Notes under the pieces: generated by a model
What the model saw: only the letters and a program-made list of their open reading frames with translations
Told to the model about the DNA's origin: nothing
The model's database searches: none
Shown: positions 1 through 12,800 of the stretch, in pieces
How positions within the stretch are numbered: position 1 is the stretch's first letter
How the letters are laid out: every line of letters begins with the position of its first letter
Translations under genes and position numbers: made by a program
Assembly: GCA_964016885.1 (NCBI GenBank)
Contig: OZ024743.1
Span: forward strand, 90,458,001 to 90,522,000
Direction of reading: 5' to 3'
Origin: Eledone cirrhosa
Taxonomy: Eukaryota
Length of the DNA stretch: 64,000 bases

Positions 1-416
1 ATTCACTGTTAAGGTTTGTATTTATAACATTTTATTTGATTTTTCTATAACATTCTCTATAAGATAACATCCTCTAGAAAAATGCAAAAGTATTTTCTTG
101 TGTAGAACTTTCAGCCCAGCTGAAATGCTACAAATAACACAAATTGTTCCCCTTTAATTTAAGGATTAACCCTTTCATGTCAGCATTTCTAATGAAATAC
201 ACTCTATTTCAGTTAATTAATTAAGGATTTTTTAGAGTTTTACTAAAATTATTAATTATTTCATTACTAAAGTAGTAACTTAATGTAAAGTTCTTATATA
301 AAATTATGTTGGTAGATTTTAATTTAAATTGGAAACCTTTAAAATAGGTGGTTTTATTTCATAGAACCAGAGCTGGTTTTGGCCAGGTTGGTAACTAAAT
401 GGTTAAAAAAAATAAT

Positions 417-596
417 TGTTTCTACTTTTGGCACAAGGCCAGCAATTACCCAGTACATTACTGGTACTTTATTTTATCGACCCCATAAGGATGAAAGGCA
501 AAGTGAACCTCGGCGGGATTTGAACTCAGACCGTAAAGGGACGTAACTATGCTGGAAAGCATGGCATCCGACTCTCTACCGATGCTGCCAATCCAC
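417..596 (-). mobile_element. tRNA-derived SINE family 1 (octopod-like) with 18-bp target-site duplication
   Basis: A-box-like TGGCAGCATCGG and B-box GAGTTCAAATCC on the minus strand. ATGGTTAAAAAAAATAAT is duplicated at 399-416 and 597-614. Same sequence family as 54387-54567. Confidence 0.85.
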
Positions 597-839
597 ATGG
601 TTAAAAAAAATAATGAACTCTTCCGTTATCATATTTCTAAGGAACTTCAACTGTATTTCAATTAATTAATGAAGATTTTTTTTTTGTTTTTTTTGTTTTT
701 TTATTTATGAATATTAATGAAGAATTTATAGGGATTTACTATGAATATTGATTAGTTGATTGCTAAAATAGTAACTTAATATGTGGTTCTTAGATGAAAT
801 TATGTTGAGAGATTTTAAATTTTATTAGTTTTATTAAGT

Positions 840-1490
840 TTTAAATATATACATAAATAACACTACAAATTGCTCATAGATTGAAAATATAAACACATAT
901 AACAAATACAATTAACCATTGCTAGGAACCTCATAAATACAACCCACCAAAATATATGACCAGAGCGAGAGAAAGAAAAAAAAAGGGAAACGAAAACGAC
1001 CATCAATTCACCACTAGTGCGACAATTGGCTGCACATCACAAGGATCAACCGGAATATTTTGAGCAAGCCAAAAAGCTTGCAGCATTACCACAGGTGGTG
1101 GAGAGGTTAAGGCGCTGAAACAACCAGGCACCCTCACAGGCATCACCTGTCACCTCAGTTAAGCGATGACAAGAACTTCGCTGTCAACAGTCAAACTCCA
1201 CCAAACGTCTCTAACGCCACAGACTGGAGAAAATAATTGTTAGATAGATTTCCGGATTCTATTCTATTTGGCAACAGAAGCAGTGACTCTCACATTAACC
1301 ACGGCATCCATGATGTGGGAGGGAGCAATAGAGTCACTGACTATGGCGTCCCAGATGAGACATCTGCCCCTTCGCAGGGACAAAGGGCAACGCCGTCTGG
1401 TCTCTTCCCATCACTTCTGGATAATCCAGCCGGCTCCAGAACCGAGGGGATATTTAGCCAAGCCAGAGCTGTTTAATGATCAGATTTAGC
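840..1490 (-). mobile_element. 3' fragment of a CRE-clade non-LTR retrotransposon (restriction-like endonuclease), degenerate
   Basis: Minus-strand translation across frameshifts gives PSVLEPAGLSRSDGKRPDG..RRGRCLIWDA..SD, then VALETFG, then RLTEVTGDACEGAWLFQRLNLSTTCGNAASFL. These match the PD-(D/E)xK RLE and QRLS..QRGNA C-terminus of CRE elements. Confidence 0.8.
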
Positions 1491-2290
1491 TTGGGGATTT
1501 TAATTTAGATAAACCTTGTAAATGGGCCGGTTTTGGCTAGACTGGTATCAAAAAATGTTAACAGCATTTAATTTATTTTAAATAAACTAAGAGAAATTGA
1601 TTCTGTAAATTGACTGCTCATCAAATTGCCAAATGTAATTCAGCAGAAGATTTTGTTTCAGAAATAGTTATTTTAGGATCTATTTAAGTAGCATTCAGAT
1701 TTTGTCATTATCATCATAATCATTATCACATCTGGTTTACGCTGGCATGGGTTGAACGAGGTTTTTAGAAGCAGTGTTTAATAGAAGAAGGCTCTTTCTA
1801 ATGCCAACCCTTTTTGTTGCCTCTTATAATTTGTAAGGATATCGTGTACCTGTTCTAAAAACTGTGATGCATACATTAATGAAATGGCAAAATAGTAAGT
1901 GAAGCATTTATTGAATTCAAAGTTATGCTGGAGGACATCATTTCTGGCCAAAATTATTATGAATTTTTGTTTGATAAACCTCGTAAAGTAAATAGAAGGA
2001 AGAAAACTATGGTTTGGCTCTGAATAAAGGCTGTGGTTCTTGAAATCCGTTACATGTGAGGTAATGTAGTTGATATAACTCTTCCATTGCTGCAGGTAAA
2101 AGATGTTAAGGGAGATAATTTAAAAGGGATAATGTTCTCAAGAAAAAAGGTTGGCAAAATAGCTTTATTCTGAATTTACAACATTCATCATCATATGTCT
2201 GCTTTTCCATGCTGCCATATGTTGGATGACCAAATCAATGTTTCATTGGAGCTACTAGCCTCAATGAGAGAGTCCATAATATATATATAC

Positions 2291-2386
2291 AATTAGTTAC
2301 AATAGTGACAAAAACAGGCTGAATAAGTTGGGGTGTATAACTCAACGAAACTTAAGTACCTGTATATGTCAGTGCTGTAACTAATT
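2291..2386 (+). ncRNA. Type I hammerhead-ribozyme-like motif within a (TA)n-flanked short element (core variant)
   Basis: Stem I ACAGG/CCTGT, extended by TGACA/TGTCA and AATTAGTTACA/TGTAACTAATT. Core CTGAATAA, stem II GTTG..CAAC, GAAA, palindromic stem III ACTTAAGT, GUA cleavage triplet. Core G8 is replaced by T. Confidence 0.6.
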
Positions 2387-2466
2387 ATACTTAACTCATC
2401 CAATGGACTGAGTGTTCTTAGCCTTGGATATTTCTACCAAACTTGTAATACAGTATATATATATAT

Positions 2467-2832
2467 CATCATCATCATCATCATTTAACGTCCATCTTCC
2501 ACGCTTGCATGGGTTTGAATGGGAGTTTTCCCACTTGAGGCAAGAGTGGTTGTCTTGCTCGCATAGGACTGTCTGGCGGGTTTTCTACGGCTGGATGCCC
2601 TTCCTAACACCAACCACGTTTACAGTGTGGACTGGGAGGTTTTTACCATGTTGCCTACACGGCCACATTACAGCGTGTACTGTGTTTTTTTGTCGTGACA
2701 CCTACACAACCTCATTTGTTTCGGACTGGATGTTGTGGTACCTTTACATTGAAAGGGGTGGGACGGGGGTGTATTTTTGTTAGAGGTGCCTACTGACTGT
2801 AGGTTTCGCTTTGCACTTAGGCAAGGCGGGTT
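2467..2832 (-). mobile_element. 3' UTR fragment of RTE family A
   Basis: Reverse complement of 5062-5475, with (CAT)n tail at the left end. Confidence 0.85.
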
Positions 2833-2855
2833 TTATATATATATATATATGGGGG

Positions 2856-5475
2856 GGTAGATAAGATAATAGACGTAAATAGAGTGAACGACAGAATAAT
2901 TAAAATAAGACTTGTCCTAAATAGAACTACTGTGACAGTAATATCTGCGTACGCACCCCAATCCGAACTGCCTGGCGTTATAAAAGACAGATTCTATGAG
3001 ACATTGATGCTCACTACCTCCCAAATAACCGACAGTGACTACATAATTATTGCTGGCGACCTAAATGGTCACGTTGGACAACATTGTGATGGCTATGACG
3101 GAATCCATGGAGGCTATGGGTTTGGTACTAGAAATGAGGAAGGCTCCAGAATCCTGGAATTCTGTGACGCAAATAACCTAACTATCTGTAACACTAACTT
3201 CAAAAAACGAGACAATCACTTGATCACCTATAGATCAGGGGAACATGCCAGTCAGATAGATTATATCCTTACCAGAAGACGTGATAGAGTGTCTGTTGTA
3301 AACACTAAATCCCTCCCCCATGAAGAATGCACCTCCCAACATAGACTCATAGTCAGCGACCTCATAGTCAGGACAAGACGTACTCAACAACAAAAGAAGA
3401 CTATCCTCAGGAGAAAAATATGGAAGCTAAAGGACCCCACAGCCAGTAATAAATTTAAAAGCATATTACTTGATGCTTTTGACAGTAAGGAAGAGCAATT
3501 AGTCGTACAATATAGAGGGACAGTGGGAATTCCTGAAAGCTAACCTGCTGAAGGCGGCAGATGAAGTCTGTGGCTGGAGCAGACCTATAGGCAGGAGGAG
3601 AGTAACGTGGTGGTGGAGGAGTCAATTAAGGCCAAAAAGCAGGCTTGGAAAGTATGGCGGGATGGGGGAAGTAGAGAAGACTATCAAGTGGCCAGGAGGG
3701 AAACTAGGAGATAAGTGTACTTCGCAAGAAGAGAAGCAGAGGAAAGAAAGTTCAAGCATGTTCTACAACACGAGGACCAAAAACGTGAGGTGTTCAGGAT
3801 TGCTAGGCAATGTGTCAAGGAAAACCGTGATATTGTCGGGGAGAAGTGTGTCCTTAATGATGATGGTGTACTTGCCATCACTGACGCTGATAAGAAGGTA
3901 GCTTGGAAGTGTCACTACGAAAGGCTACTAAATGAGGAGAATAAATGGGAGAAAGACAGTCTCCCCCACATTGATCCAATAGAGGGACCAGCAGTGCTAG
4001 TTGAAGGTAGTATAATAAGTAAGGCAATCAAAGATATGAAGACGGGTAAGGCGGCTGGGCCTTCGGAAATAGTTGCTGAAATGCTGAAAGCATCTGGAAC
4101 GGTGGGACACACTATGGTCACCCGGATAGTAAACCAAGTCATACAGAATGGGGTCGTTCCGAAGGACTGGTGTAGCAGCATCATCATTAACTGCTACAAG
4201 GGTAAAGGAGATGCCCTAGATAGGAGTAACTATAGAGGCATTAAATTAATCGACCAGGTCATGAGGGTCACAGAAAAAGTAATAGCGCAACTGCTCAGTG
4301 TGTAGGAAAGGAGTAGGCAGAAACTCCATTTTATGTCCCAAATGCAAAGTATGGGTGCATAAAAGATGTAGTGGGATCACAGGTAAGCTAACTAAGAATA
4401 TAGATTTTATATGTGGCCGGTGCTCTGGTGCAACAAGTAGCAGCAAGTGCCCACAATACTAGCTCATTCCATTGCACAGATGGTTCTATAGAAATAGTGG
4501 ACACCTTCCGTTACCTGGGTGACAAAATCAGCAGTGGTGGAGGGTGCTCTGGAAGTACAGTAGCTAGAGTCAGAACGGGATGGAAAAAGTTCAGAGAGCT
4601 TATACCACTATTGGCTGCTAAAGAGTTCTCTCTAAAAATGAAAGGCAGGCTGTATGATGCCTCCATACGAACATCAATGTTACATGGCAGTGAGACTTGG
4701 GCATTGTGTGCAGAGGATATACGCAGACTGGAGAGGAACGAAGCTTGCATGCTCCGCTGGATGTGTAATAGTAATATACGTGAACGGCAAAGCATAAACG
4801 AACTAAGGGAGAAATTAGGAAGAGGAGGGATCAGATATTGTTTACTCGAGAGAAGACTACGTTGGTACGGTCACGTGATGCGCATGAAAGACGACAGCTG
4901 TATAAAAAAGTGCAGGGCGACAAAAATAGACGGTAGCCACGGAGTAGGCAGACCCAGAAAAACCTGGGATGACTTGATAAATTCCGACCTCACACACTTA
5001 CACCTCTCCAAGACAATGTCACTGGACCGAGATCTTTGGTGCTACACAGTAATACAGAAGACCCGGCTTGCCTAAGTACAAAGCGAAACCTACAGTCAGT
5101 AGGCACCTCTAACAAAATACACCCCCGTCCCACTACCCCTATCCCATCCACACCACCCCCACCCCATACACACCACCCCTTTCGATGTAAAGTTATGTTG
5201 GTACCACAACATCCAGTCTGAAACAAATGAGGTTGTGTAGGTGTCATGACAAAAAAAACACACAGTACACGCTGTAATGTGGCCATGTAGGTAACACAGT
5301 AAAAACCTCCCAGTCTACACTGTAAACGTGGTTGGTGTTAGGAAGGGCATCCAGCTGTAGAAAACCCACCAGACCTATACGAGCAAGACAACAATCTTGC
5401 CTCAAGTGAGAAAATTCCCGTCCAAACCCATGCAAGCGTGGAAGATGGACGTTAAACGATGATGATGATGATGAT
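2856..5475 (+). mobile_element. RTE/RTE-X LINE family A, 5'-truncated, RT core internally deleted
   Basis: APE endonuclease motifs (SAYAPQ, GDLNGHVG, QIDYIL..SQHRL), GKAAGPS..NYRGIKL, Cys-rich CSVCRKG..CPKCKVWVHKRCSG, FRYLGD and LRWYGHV..GRPRKTW. Ends in a (GAT)n tail. Contains stops and frameshifts. Confidence 0.93.
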
Positions 5476-6055
5476 ATATATATATATATCATCATTATCA
5501 TTTAACATCCATTTTTCATGCTAGCATGGGTTAGACAGGTTGCTCTGTTTGGGTAAGTTGGGTCAGGTGACTGTGTCTTGCTCATACAGAACTGTTTCTG
5601 GCTAGGTTTCTATGGTTGGATGCCCTTCCTAATGCTAACCTCATTTACAGTGTGGGCTGGATATCTATATATATATAAAGTGTTTATGAAAAATACAGTG
5701 TTTGTGCCTAACAACCTTCCTTGTGCTGGTGCCACAATAAAATGCATCCAGTATATTCTGTAATGTGGTTGATGTTAGGAAGGGCATCTAGCCATAGAAA
5801 TCATACCAAAAGAGTAGAGTCTTCTCTTGAGTTGTGTGAAGGATGTGACAACTTCCCAATTGATAAAATGTACTCTGTACACTCTGTAAAGTCATTAATG
5901 TTAAAAAGGACATCCAACTGTAGATGCATTCCCTTATGACATGCTTTCTACAGTTAGATGCCCTATCATATATATATATATAATACATTATGAAGAGAGA
6001 AGAAACATTAGATATAATTAGTAATAAGATACATCATACCCAACTGCTTCTTTAG

Positions 6056-6109
6056 TCCCCAACTACGTAGTTTCGTGGCATATTATGCAAAAACACTACA
6101 TCACAGAGA
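6056..6109 (-). ncRNA. Degenerate hammerhead-like motif in a (TA)n-flanked insert (about 5985-6252)
   Basis: Minus strand reads TCTCT GTGATGTA GTG..CAC GAAA CTACGTAG TT GGGGA. Palindromic stem III ACTACGTAGT and GUU triplet. Core deviates from CUGANGA at two positions. Confidence 0.45.
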
Positions 6110-6270
6110 TATAGAATTTTTGTGAGGTCTGCCGACTTATCAAGAGAATGCCTCATTAAGGGTTTCAAAACACGTCCGTAAGATGCGAGATAGAATCCCG
6201 AAAGGCGGAAGGGGAGTCAATCACGTGATACAGCGGTCAAGAAACAGAGCATTATATATATATATATATA

Positions 6271-6495
6271 TCATTGCTCCAGTTTACTCAGCTGTAGAAA
6301 TGAGATGATAGGGACTGAGGTCCATATCATTCCACTGCAAAGTGGTCGTGGAGGTGCCACGGCAAAAAAGCACCCAGCACTCACTGTAAATGAGGTTGGT
6401 GTTAGGAAGGGCATCCAGCTGTAGAAATCAAGCCGGAATCAGTTCCTGTCCCACCCTTGCAAGCAGGGAAAAAGTGGACATAAAATGAAAATGAA
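6271..6495 (+). mobile_element. SINE family 2, 5'-truncated
   Basis: Body CATTGCTCCAGTTTACTCAGCTG, AGGAAGGGCATCCAGCTG module and CCCACCCTTGCAAGCAGGGAAAA tail, as in 45810-46150. Confidence 0.8.
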
Positions 6496-6509
6496 AATAT
6501 ATATGTGTA

Positions 6510-6541
<32 letters not shown>

Positions 6542-6869
6542 CAACAAATGTTTTAAAACCATGAATAGTATCACCCTTACTCTCACCATGAGGTCCTTTT
6601 TAAGGTAATGTTTTACGACCAGATGCCCTTCTTAGAACCAACCATTATAATCCTCTTAATACATGCAGAGATATAGTGTATCTATTCTAAACTGGATACG
6701 CACAGCATATGCTTTTCATTTAACATCTGTTTTTCCATGTTGGCATGGGTTTGACATGAAATTCCCTCTAACTGCAGTTTCAGTATTGGTGCCACACACA
6801 TCAAAATGTTGCCACTCAATAGCTTTAGAATGTTGGTAGTTACTGTGACTGAATTTAGAATTGTTGTTT

Positions 6870-7400
6870 GTATTGAGATCGGATACAGTGTACAAGAGAG
6901 GAGATTGTGTTGGCATGGCTTTGTGATGCGTATAAATGATGACAGCTGTATAAAAAGGTGTAGAGCGATCAAAGTTGATGGAAGCCATAGAGTAGGAAGA
7001 CCTGGAATGGGGTGATAAAAGTTGACCTTGCACAATTGCCCCTCTCAAAGGTGATGACACAGGATTGAGATCTCTGGCGATATGCAGTACTGCAAAAACT
7101 CACCTTCCCATGCACATGGACTGCAGCATACATCTAGTATGAACCACTTAACCCCTATCCTCCCTCCCACCTCATTCCAGCCGCCAGTCCACACTTTAAA
7201 GTGGTTGTTTTGGCGACACAACAAAAAACACCCAGTCCACACTGTAAATGGAGTTGGCATTAGGAAGAGCACCCAGCCGTAGAAACCAAGCCAGTAACAG
7301 TTCTGTATGAGCAAGATACAGTCACCTGATCTGACATGCCTCAAATGGGACAACTTGTTTAACCCATGCTAGTGTGGAAAAAAGACATTAAATGATGATT
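6870..7400 (+). mobile_element. RTE 3' fragment
   Basis: ERRLCWHGFVMRINDDSCIKRCRAIKVDGSHRVGRP, followed by the RTE-A-type 3' UTR and an ATGATGAT tail. Confidence 0.8.
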
Positions 7401-7449
7401 GAGTGTTTCCTTGTATGAAATCATTTCACTTGTATCTCTTTCTTTCTAG

Positions 7450-7530
7450 TTGCTGGATTCACCATGTATGATGGAGACCCTAAAGACTGTTGACAGGAAG
7501 ACATTTTACAAAATTGCTGATGTTATGCAA
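7450..7530 (+). CDS. TAF7: TAF7-like exon A (TAFII55 N-terminal domain), internal exon, phase 0/0
   Basis: Acceptor tctttctag| and donor |gtaagg. Translates LLDSPCMMETLKTVDRKTFYKIADVMQ, matching the TAF7 motif [27 protein letters not shown]. Confidence 0.9.
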
Positions 7531-7884
7531 GTAAGGGCTAGCATTTCAATCTTAAAATTGAATGTAGATAGGAGTTTTATCGGGGGCAAATTGGCAGGGT
7601 TGTTAGAACATCAGATGGAATGCTCTTTTTAAATCGATGAGGGATTTAGTAGATTTATTAATTATTTCATTTACTAATATAGTAACTTAACATATAGTTC
7701 TTATATTAAATGATGTCTGGAAGATCTTAATTTAAATAGGAACCCTTTAAAATGGGTGATATTATTTCATAGAACCAGAACAGGTTTTTAACCTGGCTAG
7801 TATGAGAAGGATTAATTGAACCCTCTAACAACTAAACCAATTTGATTCCTTTAGACTTATGTCCTAAATTAAATTATTTTTCAG

Positions 7885-7981
7885 CTGCTAATTTGCAGTG
7901 TTGAAGATGACACAAGCCAAGATGAAAATGAAAGTCCACGTAAGAAAGACAAAGACAAGAAGTACCATTATCCTCACGGAA
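7885..7981 (+). CDS. TAF7: TAF7-like exon B, phase 0/1
   Basis: tttttcag| ... |gtaagt. LLICSVEDDTSQDENESPRKKDKDKKYHYPHG matches TAF7 MLVS...KKKDKDKEKKFIWNHG and is in frame with exon A. Confidence 0.88.
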
Positions 7982-8639
7982 GTAAGTAACTTTATGAAGT
8001 TCAGACTGTAGCATGACTGTGTGATTAAGAAGTCTGCTTTGTTATCGTATTGGGGTGCTATACAACTGTGTGACATCATCTACTAGAGTTTCAGGCCAAC
8101 CAATGGCTTATGAGTGGATTTGGTAAACAGAAACTATACAAAGTCCAGTGCATATATATATATATATATATCATCATCACCATTTTACATCCATTTTTCA
8201 CACTAGCATGGGTTAGGCAAGTTATCCTCTTGTGAGCAATGCCAGGTCAGGTGACCATGTCTTGTTCATACAGAACTGATTTGGGCTTGGTTTCTACAGT
8301 TGGCTTCTTTTCCTAACACCAACTGCATTTACAGTGAGTACTAGGTGCTTTTTGTCATGTCACCAACACGACCATTTTACAGTGAGTACTGGATGCTTTT
8401 TGTCATGACACCAACACGACCACTTTACAGTGAGTACTAGATGCTTTTTGTCATGTCACCAACACGACCACTTTACCGTGAGTACTGGATGCTTTTTGTC
8501 ATGTCACCAACATGACCACTTTACGGTGTATATATATATTCATATATGGTTGACAGCTGAGACCCTGTGATAAATAGGCGAAACTCCAGAGTAACAAGAC
8601 TCACCATTCAGCCTTAATAGAATGGATATATATATAGAT

Positions 8640-9878
8640 GGAGGCACATGGCTTAGTGGTTGCAATCGAAAGGTTATGAGTTCAATTCTCAGACCGGCTG
8701 ATGTGTTCTTTCCTTGAGCAAGACACTTTATTTCACATTGCTCCAGTTTACTCAGCTGTAGAAATGAGATGATAGGACTGGGTCCCTATCATTCCACTGC
8801 AAAATGGTCGTGGAGGTGCCACGGCAAAAAAGCACCCAGCCCACACTGTAAATGAGGTTGGTGTTAGGAAGAGCATCCAGCTGTAGAAATGTAGCTCCTT
8901 CTACTGCCCAGATGGTTCTATAGAAATAGTGGACACTTTCCGTTACCTGGGTGACAAAATCAGCAGTGGTGGTGGGTGTTCTGAAAGTACAGTAGCCAGA
9001 GTTAGAACGGGATGGAAAAAGTTCAGAGAGCTTATACCGCTGTTGGCCACAAAAGGTTTCTCTCTGAAAATGAAAGGCAGATTGTATGATGCCTGTATAC
9101 GAACGGCAATGCTACATGGCAGTGAGACATGGGCATTGCGTGCAGAGGACCTGCGCAGACTGGAAAGGAACGAAGCATGCATGCTCCGTTGGATGTGTAA
9201 TACACAAACGGCAAAATATAAATGAATTAAGTGAGAAATTAGGAATAAGAAGGATCAGATGCTGTTTACTTGAGGGAAGATTATGTTGGTATGATCATGT
9301 GATGCGCATGATAGACAACAGCTGAATAAAAAAGTGCAGGGCGATCAAAATTGATGGAAGTTACAGAGTAGGTAGACCCAGAAAAACCTGGGACAACATG
9401 ATAAATTCTGACCTTGCACACTTGCACCTCTCTAAGACAATATCACCGAATCGAGATCTTTGGCACCACACAGTAATACAGAAGACCCGCCTTGCCTATG
9501 TACAAAGTGAAACCTACAGTCAGTAGGTCCCTACAAACCAAACAAACACCCCAACACACTACCCCTACACCACCCTTTCTCTATAAAGTTATGTTGGTAC
9601 CACAACATCCAGTCCAAACTAATGAGATCTTGTAGGTGTCACGACAAAAAAACACACTGTCCACACTGTAATGTGGTCGTGTAGGTAACACGGTAAAAAG
9701 TTCCCAGTCCACACTGTAAATGTGGTTGGTGTTAGGAAGGACATCCAGCCTTAGAAAAACTGCCAGATAGTCCTATAGGAGCGAGACACGGTCACCCGAC
9801 CAACCTTGCCTCAAGTGGGACAACTCCCGTCTAACCCATGCTAGCGTGGAAGATAGACGTTAAACAATGATGATGATA
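8640..9878 (+). mobile_element. SINE family 2 head/body (8640-8890) joined to an RTE-A 3' fragment (8891-9878)
   Basis: tRNA-like head TGGCTTAGTGG..GAGTTCAATTCTC, then DTFRYLGDKISSGGGCSES..LHGSETW..GRPRKTW, 3' UTR and (ATG)n tail. (TA)n on both sides. Confidence 0.85.
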
Positions 9879-9897
9879 ATTATATATATATATATAT

Positions 9898-12800
9898 CAT
9901 CATCATCATCATCATTTTACGTCCGCTTTTCCCTGCTTGCAAGGGTGGGACGGGTCTTATTTAGCACAACATCTCTCCACTTGTCACGGTCCTTCGTCGT
10001 CTCCACCGTGAGCTTCAGTGATCCGAGGTCTGTTCTCACCACCTCTGCCCATGTTTTTCGTGGTCTACCTCTACCACGTCTTCCTTCAACTGGCATTTCC
10101 TGACACTTATTCACCCATCAGTCATCCTCCATGCGCATTATATGTCAATACCACCTCAGTCTCCTCTCGCACACTACATTCTATCCCTCTCAGATACAGT
10201 TTCTCTCTCAACACATTCATGCTGGGTCGTTCACGCACATTGACATTGCACATCCAATGGAGCATATTTGCCTCATTTCTCTCCAGCCGTCGCACATCCT
10301 CTGCAGCTGCTGCCCATGTCTCACTACCATGCAGCATCGCGCTCCTCACATAAGCATCATATAACCGGCCTTTCGTACGCAGAGAGAAACCCTTCTTCGT
10401 CAGCAGAGGAAGTAGCTCCCTAAACTTCTTCCAACCCATCCTTATTCTAGATACTATGGCCTCGGAACACCCCCCTCCCATGCTAATCTGATCTCCTAGG
10501 TACCGGAAGCTATCTACCACTTCTATAGCACCCGCCTGCATTTGAAAAATGTGTCTATCAATGCGACTTCTACTGTCTAATTTCCCTGTACATCTACTGC
10601 ATACGTATTTCTCCCTACCTGTTAGTTTGCCTGCTATCCCACTACATCTCTTGTGTACCCAGGATCTGCATTGTGTACATTTTATAGAATTTATGCCAGT
10701 TCCTTTTCTGCATATCGAACATTGTCCTCTTTTCTACTCATCAACACTTTTGTCTTAGCTACGTTCACTCTCAGTCCTCTTGTTTCCAACTGCTGTTTCC
10801 ATAGCCAGAATTTATTCTCTAGCTGCTCTACTTTTTCTGCTATAAGAACCAGATCGTCAGCATAGAGAAGTTCCCATGGACAGCCAGTCTTAAACTCCTC
10901 TGTTATGGCTTGGAGGACTATAATGAACAAGAGCGGGCTGAGGACCGAACCTTGATGTACTCCTACTTGTATCTGGAATTCCTCACTAAACTCCATTCCT
11001 GACTTTACTGACAGTACCTTTGTACAAAGTTTGCACTATCCTCACAAGCCATTCCTCAACACCTAGTTTCCTTAGGGACCACCAAATGACAGATCGAGGT
11101 ACCCTATCAAAGGCCTTCTCTAGGTCAACAAAGGCTAAGTATAGTGGCTTATTTTTCTCTTAGAACCTCTCTTGTAATTGTCTCACTAAGAAGAGGGCAT
11201 CTGGTATACTCTTCCTAGGCACAAAACCAATCTGCATCTCATCTAGTTTAGCCCTTTCTCTAATTAGTTGTGCTAATATCCTTTCTGCCACTTTCATAAC
11301 CTGATCCATCAGTTTTATACCCTATAATTGCTACTCTCCAGAGCATCCCCTTTATCTTTGTAGCAATTTATGAGAATACTGCTGCACCAGTCTTTGGGTA
11401 TGACACCACCATAAATAGCCTGATTGATGATGCATGCAACCAGTTTAGTGCCTACGTCCCCTGATGACTTCAGCATCTCAGCAACTATCCCTGATGGTCC
11501 AGCAGCCTTACCATTTTTCATTTTCTTAATCGCCTCTTGGACCCTATATTCGTCAATCTCAATAGCTGGTCCATCTGTCAGATCTTCTAAGGGTAATTTC
11601 TCTCTCCCATTCATTCTCCACATTCATCAGTCTCTAATAATGACATTTCCAGGCCTCCTTTTTCTGATCATTCATGACACTAAGTACACCGGCATCATTC
11701 CGGACACATTTATCTCCAACAACATCCTGATTTGCATTGACACACTGCCTTGCAATGTGGAACACTGCAGGCCTCTGATCTTCCCGTCGCAGAACATTGG
11801 CAAACCTCCTACTCTCAGCCTCCCTGCGTGCTAAGTACACCTGACGTCTAGCTTCTCTCTTAGCAGCTGTATATCCTTCTCTACTCCCACCCTTTTTCCA
11901 AGCCTTCCATGCTAGTCTTTTGTATCTAATGGCCTTATCTACTGTGCTGTTCCACCACCAGGTCACTCTCGGTCTGGTTGGAGCTTTGCTCCAGCCACAA
12001 GTTTCATCAGTAGCCTGCAGTAAGTTGTTACGTGAGAAATTCCAGTTATTATCTATGTCATACGTCTCTAAATCGTCTTCTTTTTCATCATACACATTTT
12101 GAAGGGCTTTCCTAAATTTGTATTTTAGTGAAAAGTCTTTTAGCTTCCAGACCTTTCTGCTCCACACCTTCCTGTATGTCTCATTCCATCTGTTGCTTAC
12201 TGAGATATCACTAATGACTAACCTATGCTGTGGGGTACATTCTTCCCCAGGGTATGCCTTGGTATTAGACACCATCTGCCTGTCCTGCTGCCTAACTAGT
12301 AAGAAGTCAATCTGGCTTATGGGCTCGCCTGATTTGTAGGTTATTAGGTGGTTGGCAGGTTTCTGGAAGTTAGTGTTGCAAATAGTCAGTGTACTTGCAT
12401 CACAAAATTCAAGAAGTCTCACTCCATCTTCATTTCTTGAGCCGTAACCGTGCCCACCATGTACCCCTGTGTAACCATCCTGGAGCTGTCCAACATGACC
12501 ATTGAAGTCCCCTGCTAGCATAACGATGTCTCCGTCCTCTGTCTTTGTGGTTGTTTGTAAAAGTTGCTCGTAAAAGCAGTCTTTCCCTTCCTTACCTAGG
12601 TCTGCTTGGGGAGCATAGGCAGAGATGATTGTCAGTAGTCTCCTGCCTACAACTAATCTAAGCTTAATTATTCGATTACTAACTCGAACTACCTCTATTG
12701 TCTTATTTATCCATCTCTCAGCCAGGAAAATGCCTACTCCCCCTAACCCATCATCCTTACCTACACCAAAAAGCTTATAGCTAAGATGTTTGCCTGCGAC

